From: Polynucleobacter sp. MWH-P3-07-1
GTDB lineage: Bacteria; Pseudomonadota; Gammaproteobacteria; Burkholderiales; Burkholderiaceae
DNA: 32,000 nt
Assembly: GCF_018687555.1 (NCBI RefSeq)
Contig: NZ_CP061296.1
Location: 1,285,983 to 1,317,982 of the forward strand
Reading direction: 5' to 3'
Below, piece by piece: positions 27,501 through 32,000 of this stretch. Both the position numbers and the translations under genes were made by a program. Under the pieces are notes generated by a model, which was not told the origin of the DNA, searched no databases, and saw only the letters and a program-made list of their open reading frames with translations. Numbering within the stretch: position 1 is the first letter of the stretch; each line of letters opens with the position of its first letter.

Positions 27501-28506
27501 CTTCTTGTATCTGCTTCTCATCTAAAACTTTGGAGGCAGCTTCACCAAGATAAGCGAAGGGATTTCTAAGAAATGCTTCGGCCTTACTACCAGCAACCTT
27601 ACGTCCATCAAATTGTGTTTTGATGACTGTAAGAACATCTCTAATCGCCTCAGGAAAGATAACTCTTGTTTTACCTGTTGCGGTTGGAAAATCACTATGT
27701 TCAGGGATGAATTTAAATGCATCAAACTGACCCATCCAATTATCAGGCGCTCCATCAAAATAGGGTTCGATTGTTACAACGCTAGTACCCAAGGCTTGCG
27801 CTCTGATATAACGCATCTTTAGCAGACTTGGGACCAAAACAATAGTTGAGAATAGGTATGGTGAAAGCTCCGCTTTTGCCAACAAGGCTAGTTTACGTGC
27901 TTCACCCCACAATATTTCATTATCAGATTGTGAGCGTGACTGGTCTTCAAATCCTTGATGGCGAGTAATAAAATCTATCAACTCCCAAGACTCTTTTGTT
28001 TGAAGTGAGTATGTTGAACCATCAACAAATGCGCCCCCAAGGCACTTTCTAAGCCTGATGCTACGACCTGAGGCTTCACGCCAACCATCAATTCGTAACC
28101 TGAAGAATTTATCCGCCACCGTTCCTACCTCACCAAGAACTGGAGATGATTTATCTATTTGTGGAAGTGATAACAAATATATGGAATCTTCGTGATCAAT
28201 ATCTGCTTCTAAGGCATAAAGATGAGCCCAAGAAATAACTACATCAGAACCATTGAGTATTGCAATCCCGTCGGAGACAAGCTGCGCTAAGTAGATTAAC
28301 TGCTGACTACCCTTAGCAGGATCAGTTGCAATATCCATCAGTTCGCTAGGTGTACTTAGGGCATTGTGTGCACCAGTAGAATATGAAACAGCATCATAAA
28401 AAAAACTAGGCTGAATTAAATTTTGAGAAGCAGGACTATTGCTCATCCCATCGAAAACATTTTTAACTTCAGGATGTGATTTAAAAAGTCTACTAAGAAA
28501 GTTCAT
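24526..28506 (-). CDS. zorD: ZorD-like SNF2-family helicase with C-terminal Mrr-type nuclease (1326 aa)
   Basis: SNF2 motifs LADDMGLGKT, DEAQKIK, TGTPVENSLADLW, GFGVNIVSANHVIHF and QATDRAYRIGQ. The C-terminus has GDGGIDIVV...GQCKH (Mrr_cat-like). Fourth gene after zorABC. Confidence 0.85.
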   Translation of the reverse strand: MNFLSRLFKSHPEVKNVFDGMSNSPASQNLIQPSFFYDAVSYSTGAHNALSTPSELMDIATDPAKGSQQLIYLAQLVSDGIAILNGSDVVISWAHLYALEADIDHEDSIYLLSLPQIDKSSPVLGEVGTVADKFFRLRIDGWREASGRSIRLRKCLGGAFVDGSTYSLQTKESWELIDFITRHQGFEDQSRSQSDNEILWGEARKLALLAKAELSPYLFSTIVLVPSLLKMRYIRAQALGTSVVTIEPYFDGAPDNWMGQFDAFKFIPEHSDFPTATGKTRVIFPEAIRDVLTVIKTQFDGRKVAGSKAEAFLRNPFAYLGEAASKVLDEKQIQEAKEEAGIYSTRITLFPDIQKGTIVSVTATIYQNLEDGMAKADRSIISTAHELNLLIQEIESALSEERQFFTWRNFVIDVDGDLYQTLDSAKVWFNVWKDQVKNFIDFNDIYALDNYGGRIDGIGVAKPIYSAYIKKEGGDDSSWAPPLLGVSLTPGSAPVFIAVDEIWVTEFEAKIEQAKAAGVDKVADPRLPIPLSIPEAIDLVKELKVLLGIIGSGGDPLPPGPTPPGPTPPGPTPPGPTPPGPTPPGPTPPGPTPPSPNPPGKGRKETLLVKVNITQLDYSETAAEEMRAAILKVPEGFSPQLPTDLKSEIKLKKHQLDGLAWMQYLYSKAPEYCRGALLADDMGLGKTLQLLSLLSWFYERNPEAPPSLIVAPPVLMQNWKNEAKNFFNNFPEILLLHADGLSARRQPKQFIDQSLLDKKIANLLTPNWLGSAKVVLTTYETVRDYEFSLARQEFTFMICDEAQKIKTPNAQSTTAAKKQKAKFRIACTGTPVENSLADLWCLFDFIQPGLLGALDEFGRTYRKPIEAKEAGDEKAAEVIENLRAIVSPQILRRMKSDIADELPQKILVSNDEYEFDGALRKRLSVPISNHQRNLYAQGLRQIAAAAQEKDARRRSNISFAVLHFVRALCSEPYCLPKTTFAIDTNGVDTHLNNAPKLKWLLSTLEMIAQKQEKVIIFTDIKEIQRSLVLFIRKRFDFSAQIINGDIDDRQDLIDAFQSRDGFGVIILSPLAVGFGVNIVSANHVIHFTRTWNPAKEGQATDRAYRIGQTKDVYVYCPTITAEDFVTFDAKLDRLMTLKMDLAGDMLDGVGSDIPSGTLMPDSGPGGIKVDADKLVDINRVDTLDGATFEVFCQLLFGAYPNKAYITQKQRGDGGIDIVVIGIDGKGMIGQCKHSTQDELGWDAVKEVTAGSPAYQARHPGVIFQKAAITNKKFNATAIQQANTLGVKLIGRAELIELLNKVQLKQLTLDEEIFKFYMSTSKSSVNI
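26710..26835 (-). repeat. in-frame tandem 15-bp repeat encoding (PPGPT)x7-PPSPN-PP
   Basis: Plus-strand units GGTGGAGTCGGGCCA with synonymous variants. Falls at residues 558-599 of ZorD, between the N-domain and the SNF2 domain. Confidence 0.9.
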
Positions 28507-29987
28507 TAGAAATATTTGTCAATTGAAAATGTGATTGTTCCTGAGCTCACTTTACCAGCTCGGACATCATCAAAGATGCCAAATGCAGGCAACTGATAGG
28601 TTCTAGCTTTATATTGCCATCCCTCTCTGTGCACAATGTCAGGACCTTTGGCGCTACCAGTGTAATAACGCTCTTTTAAACCTTTTGAGCTTGTAGATGC
28701 ATCAAGACTGACCGCATTTACATTAAATTTATTTTCCCCTTTTTGATAGATGTAGCATCCACCATGAGGATTGAACTCAACAATTAAATGTCCGCTGATT
28801 TCCATAATGAATGCATCTAGCGATGACTCACCTTTAGCGCCCATTAGATTGGCGTATGACTCGACATCATTTTTAAAGTGCTCTTTTAACTCTGGATGTG
28901 CCGTCAAATATCTGCGCATATCCTCACCCAACACAAGTCGGGTGAAGGTTATTTGATTTATATACTGCATCCAAAAATCAAGTCTTCCATGTGGATCCGG
29001 AACACCTCGGCGCTTGAGCAGTTCAAAGAATAGTCTGAGATTGGCTTCTTGCACCCACGTCAATACCATGCGCCATGTGGGATCCGATACATGGATCCAT
29101 TTTGAAGCTCCAGTATTCCGCAGCTTGGGGCTTTTCCAAGTCTCTAAAGCAAATTCTTTAAGTTCCCTGTGAACCCGTATATCTGAGGATGCCCTATACC
29201 TATCCAACAAGGCGCGCAAACCATTATCCAAATAGGATGGGTGTCGCCTCAACAAGGAAATAATTAGGGGTATAGATTCTTTAAACTTGGCATCAGATTG
29301 AGATAAAGAAGCTTTCAAGCAGGACTTAAAGAATTCCTCCCAAAACCAGCTTGCATCCGGAATATGCAACTCTTGTTTAATTTGCTTAACCCGAACCTCG
29401 CTACCAGCAAGCCACTCAGCACCATAAATCTCACATGGCGACTCTCCAAGTAAATGTTGGTTTGCCTCAATACTTTTCATCCAATTAGTTGAAAAGGTTG
29501 CATTCTTTTTTACATAAGGCCAAGTTTTAGCCAAGAAATTACGTATAGCCCGTTGGGAATTAAAAAAAGTATCACCCTCGTAATTTATCTTTTGTGCTTG
29601 AAAGTAAGATTGAAAAACTCCAAACCAAAAGATTCCATCAATCTTGTCATTCTCAAACTCAGTTGTATAACGATCGAAGAGAGTCCTTAGCTTTACACCA
29701 TCTGAGGCAACAGATATTCCACCTAATTCAGAAATGGGTTTTGTAAGAACAAATGAAATTATTTCGTACTCACCTACATCACCACTTAAGGAGCCATCAA
29801 GAAAACTGCGTGCCGCTGCATAAGCAACTTCATCCTTTGGCTTTAGAATAAAAGTAAATTCATCTGTTATTTTTTTATGAATCTTGGATAGCTTAGGATA
29901 GCTCTCACCACGATCACTTTTCAACTCAAATTGAAAAGTATTATTTAAATCAGCAAGAGAATTTTTTAGTAGGTTTGCGAAGGACAT
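28506..29987 (-). CDS. zorC: ZorC-position protein (493 aa, presumed EH-signature domain protein)
   Basis: Third gene of the operon. Its stop overlaps the zorD ATG (TAATG). The assignment rests on position and size, and I cannot verify the EH-signature profile by eye. Confidence 0.6.
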   Translation of the reverse strand: MSFANLLKNSLADLNNTFQFELKSDRGESYPKLSKIHKKITDEFTFILKPKDEVAYAAARSFLDGSLSGDVGEYEIISFVLTKPISELGGISVASDGVKLRTLFDRYTTEFENDKIDGIFWFGVFQSYFQAQKINYEGDTFFNSQRAIRNFLAKTWPYVKKNATFSTNWMKSIEANQHLLGESPCEIYGAEWLAGSEVRVKQIKQELHIPDASWFWEEFFKSCLKASLSQSDAKFKESIPLIISLLRRHPSYLDNGLRALLDRYRASSDIRVHRELKEFALETWKSPKLRNTGASKWIHVSDPTWRMVLTWVQEANLRLFFELLKRRGVPDPHGRLDFWMQYINQITFTRLVLGEDMRRYLTAHPELKEHFKNDVESYANLMGAKGESSLDAFIMEISGHLIVEFNPHGGCYIYQKGENKFNVNAVSLDASTSSKGLKERYYTGSAKGPDIVHREGWQYKARTYQLPAFGIFDDVRAGKVSSGTITFSIDKYF

Positions 29988-30715
29988 ACACCAAAATCTT
30001 TCCCCGATAAATCTATTGTTGACTCTTGTTGTCTCTTTTTATCGTCGCCTAATTGCCAGAATTCTAGCTTCAATTCCGCCCGTCTACTTTCTTCATCGCT
30101 TCTTTTTTGCGAATTGAAGGAGAACCCACCAACCAAGAAAAGTCTCTTCACTTGATTTTTTTCATCAAGAGATAAGCCACCTGAACCATCGGGGTCATTC
30201 TTTGCAAGCTCACAAACGACCTCCCTACTTCTTTTTAAAGAAAGATCAAGATTAGTCATATAGTTACCCGTTTTACTTGTGTATCCCTCAACAATTACAC
30301 GTCGAAAATAATCTTGACACTGATTTTCTTTAACTGTTTTTAATACGGCCGGGATATATTGTCGTAAAAATTTTGAAGCCTCTGGACTAATTTCATTGGA
30401 CTTTTCCTGGAATTTAACAATGGAACCCAGATCAATCCTTATTGCATCCCCTTTGTTGTATTCGATCTGGGCTTTTCCAGGAAATTCTTGATTTGCATTC
30501 TTCTGAAGTTTTTTAGCGCAGTCCGAGATTGATTGCTCCCTCTTGGCGGCAGCCTCGTATTCCGGAAGATATTTGGTCTTAATCATAATAATGTTGGCAG
30601 CCATGACCACTAAAAAAAGGGTCATACAAGCAGTCATCAGATCTGAATACGAAATCCAAAAAGGCTTTTCACCCTCATCCTTATATGACTTCTTAGAAGA
30701 TCTTTGATTAAACAT
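29966..30715 (-). CDS. zorB: ZorB-like MotB/OmpA-family protein (249 aa)
   Basis: MotB-type TM segment with Asp (FWISYSDLMTACMTLFLVVMA) and an OmpA-like C-terminus (VIVEGYTSKTGNYMTNLDLSLKRSREV). Confidence 0.8.
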   Translation of the reverse strand: MFNQRSSKKSYKDEGEKPFWISYSDLMTACMTLFLVVMAANIIMIKTKYLPEYEAAAKREQSISDCAKKLQKNANQEFPGKAQIEYNKGDAIRIDLGSIVKFQEKSNEISPEASKFLRQYIPAVLKTVKENQCQDYFRRVIVEGYTSKTGNYMTNLDLSLKRSREVVCELAKNDPDGSGGLSLDEKNQVKRLFLVGGFSFNSQKRSDEESRRAELKLEFWQLGDDKKRQQESTIDLSGKDFGVCPSQTY

Positions 30716-32000
30716 TATTCAGACTTCTTGAGCTTGGCAACCGACATCAACATTGACTGCACAGCACCCTCTAAGGCACTTAATGAGCCAGTGAGTAAGG
30801 TATCTGATGAAACTTTTAGCGCCTCAACCTGGGCAACCATTTCTTGTCCAAACTGCTGGAATGAGCCTTTGAGCACAGAATTAACTTGATTTAAATAATC
30901 AGTGCTTTGTTTTTCAGCGGCCTGCAATGAACCCAAAATTCTTTCTAAGTCAGAAAGCATTTGAGTACTTAGACCAGCCTCTTTTTTAGCATTTTCTACA
31001 AGGGTCTGCAGCTGTAGTACATAACCCTGAACAGATTCACGAGACTCATCATACTTCTCAAATGCCGTTCTTACCGATGAAGAAGCCATCTGAAGTGTGG
31101 AGGCTGTTTGCTCCAATTGATCCGTTACTACACGGCTCTTATCAAACACACCACCTATACTATCTCCAGCCTTAGAAAATCTATCCGCCGCATCTCGCAT
31201 CACAAGCGCACCGTCATTCATTCCTGAAATAGCGCCAGTTGCAGCATTCTGAATAGCTCTGATATTTTCTTCGGTCTTAAAGGCTGCGTTCTTTACGTCA
31301 GTCATTAACTGAACAACATTATCAGTTAATCCGCTATAAAGACCTTCTGTTTCTTCCACCAAACGATCTGCCCGCGCTTTATCGGCAATAGCTTGATTTT
31401 CCCTTTCGGCAGAAATTACAGAAATTGACTTTTCAAGCTCGGATAGAATATTTTGCATAGTCTCATCCATCGCCTGCTTAGTTTGATTTTGCTGCTCCAA
31501 AATTAAATTACGCAATTCCTCTACAAAACTTCGTAGCTGTTGATTCATCTGCTCTTGTGCAAGAGCAGCCTTGGACATTGACTCTTCCATCTTGGCTGAC
31601 ATTTCAGATGTAGCTTTTTGACCAGCACCTGAAATATCCGTAATTAATCGAGTCATTGCCTCCTGAACCATGGTCATCGAATCCGATGATTTCTGAATTG
31701 CAGTATTGATATTTTGAATTTGAGATCCAAAGGTCTCATCAATTTTTGCCATGAATGCGCTTAGCAAGTTCTCTAGCATACCGGTAACAGCGCCGCCCTG
31801 CTCTCCTGAAGCTCTGGCCACTACATCCATTAAATCCTTCATCGGAGCATCGAGGCTCTCTTTAATAGCGCCCGATACTTGCGATGAGAAGTTTTGTGCC
31901 GATTGAAGTTGAGCATTTATTTGCTTATCCGCTACCTCGTGCATTAACTGCTTTAAATCATCAATCAATGCATCTTTAAGACTTGCTGTATTGGCTGAAC
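30715..32000 (-). CDS. zorA: ZorA-like protein, C-terminal coiled-coil tail only (N-terminus beyond window)
   Basis: The frame stays open from 31968 to the window edge (..SANTASLKDA-LIDDLKQL..), so the TTG start in the track is an artefact. About 427 aa of helical Q/S/A/E/M-rich sequence with a single Pro. Its stop overlaps the zorB ATG (TAATG). Confidence 0.7.
   Translation of the reverse strand, partial: SANTASLKDALIDDLKQLMHEVADKQINAQLQSAQNFSSQVSGAIKESLDAPMKDLMDVVARASGEQGGAVTGMLENLLSAFMAKIDETFGSQIQNINTAIQKSSDSMTMVQEAMTRLITDISGAGQKATSEMSAKMEESMSKAALAQEQMNQQLRSFVEELRNLILEQQNQTKQAMDETMQNILSELEKSISVISAERENQAIADKARADRLVEETEGLYSGLTDNVVQLMTDVKNAAFKTEENIRAIQNAATGAISGMNDGALVMRDAADRFSKAGDSIGGVFDKSRVVTDQLEQTASTLQMASSSVRTAFEKYDESRESVQGYVLQLQTLVENAKKEAGLSTQMLSDLERILGSLQAAEKQSTDYLNQVNSVLKGSFQQFGQEMVAQVEALKVSSDTLLTGSLSALEGAVQSMLMSVAKLKKSE

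Larger units (their letters stand above)
17526..32000. mobile_element. tRNA-associated genomic island (defence island), right end outside window
   Basis: The left border is the partial tRNA repeat. There is an abrupt by-eye drop in GC relative to the backbone. ORFan density is high, and the region carries a tyrosine recombinase, an exonuclease and a Zorya-like operon. Confidence 0.65.

Noticed and set aside
972-30889. Nested or antisense ORFs in the track: 972-1196, 1377-1625, 1558-1860, 2124-2435, 2813-3037, 3422-3622, 5648-5926, 7450-7656, 7466-7711, 7762-8169, 7796-7987, 8511-8753, 8823-9014, 9501-9728, 10228-10578, 10480-10674, 10841-11065, 12014-12205, 12102-12308, 12682-12867, 12830-13108, 12967-13221, 14132-14395, 14214-14480, 16226-16408, 17709-17903, 19591-19794, 20579-20761, 20979-21212, 24324-24506, 27522-27758, 27613-27822, 28771-28956, 30704-30889
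   Set aside because: Each lies inside or opposite a longer ORF that has clear family motifs or operon context. Their translations are low-complexity or compositionally odd.
31966-31968. TTG start codon assigned to the last ORF by the track
   Set aside because: The frame remains open upstream to the window edge, so the gene is 5'-truncated by the window rather than starting here.
29966-32000. Flagellar stator (motAB) or ExbBD/TolQR pair
   Set aside because: There are no flagellar, TonB or Tol-Pal neighbours. The A-subunit has a C-terminal coiled coil longer than 400 aa. The pair is translationally coupled to a SNF2/Mrr nuclease, which is the Zorya configuration.
17571-32000. Prophage
   Set aside because: No terminase, portal, capsid, tail or lysis genes are recognisable. 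The content fits a non-phage genomic or defence island.

Overview
The left 17.5 kb is ordinary chromosomal backbone from a moderately AT-rich Gram-negative. Gene content looks betaproteobacterial, possibly Polynucleobacter-like, but that is a low-confidence guess. It carries ccmB/ccmA, a cytochrome b561-YceI-YceI operon, a lipoprotein, an ICMT-family methyltransferase, quinone oxidoreductase, pirin, a membrane FMN glutamate-synthase-like protein and a DUF3833 plus chalcone-isomerase-like pair. It also carries L-2-haloacid dehalogenase, MFS and APC transporters, a short-form (CioAB-type) cytochrome bd oxidase and two cupin proteins. At 17526-17570 there is a 45-nt 3' fragment of a tRNA(CAU) gene. 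It keeps its own terminator but has no 5' half. Everything to its right (about 17.57-32.0 kb) is visibly more AT-rich by eye and mostly ORFans. I read this as a tRNA-targeted genomic island that runs off the right edge of the window. The island carries a 190-aa catalytic-domain-only tyrosine recombinase and an ExoX-like DEDDh exonuclease. The main finding is a translationally coupled minus-strand operon at 24113-32000 that matches type I Zorya. It consists of the ZorA coiled-coil tail (N-terminus outside the window), MotB/OmpA-like ZorB, a 493-aa ZorC-position protein and a 1326-aa ZorD-like protein. The ZorD-like protein is a SNF2 helicase with a C-terminal Mrr-type nuclease and an internal PPGPT tandem-repeat linker. 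An extra coupled 138-aa gene of unknown function follows it. I found no rRNA, intact tRNA, CRISPR array or IS element.
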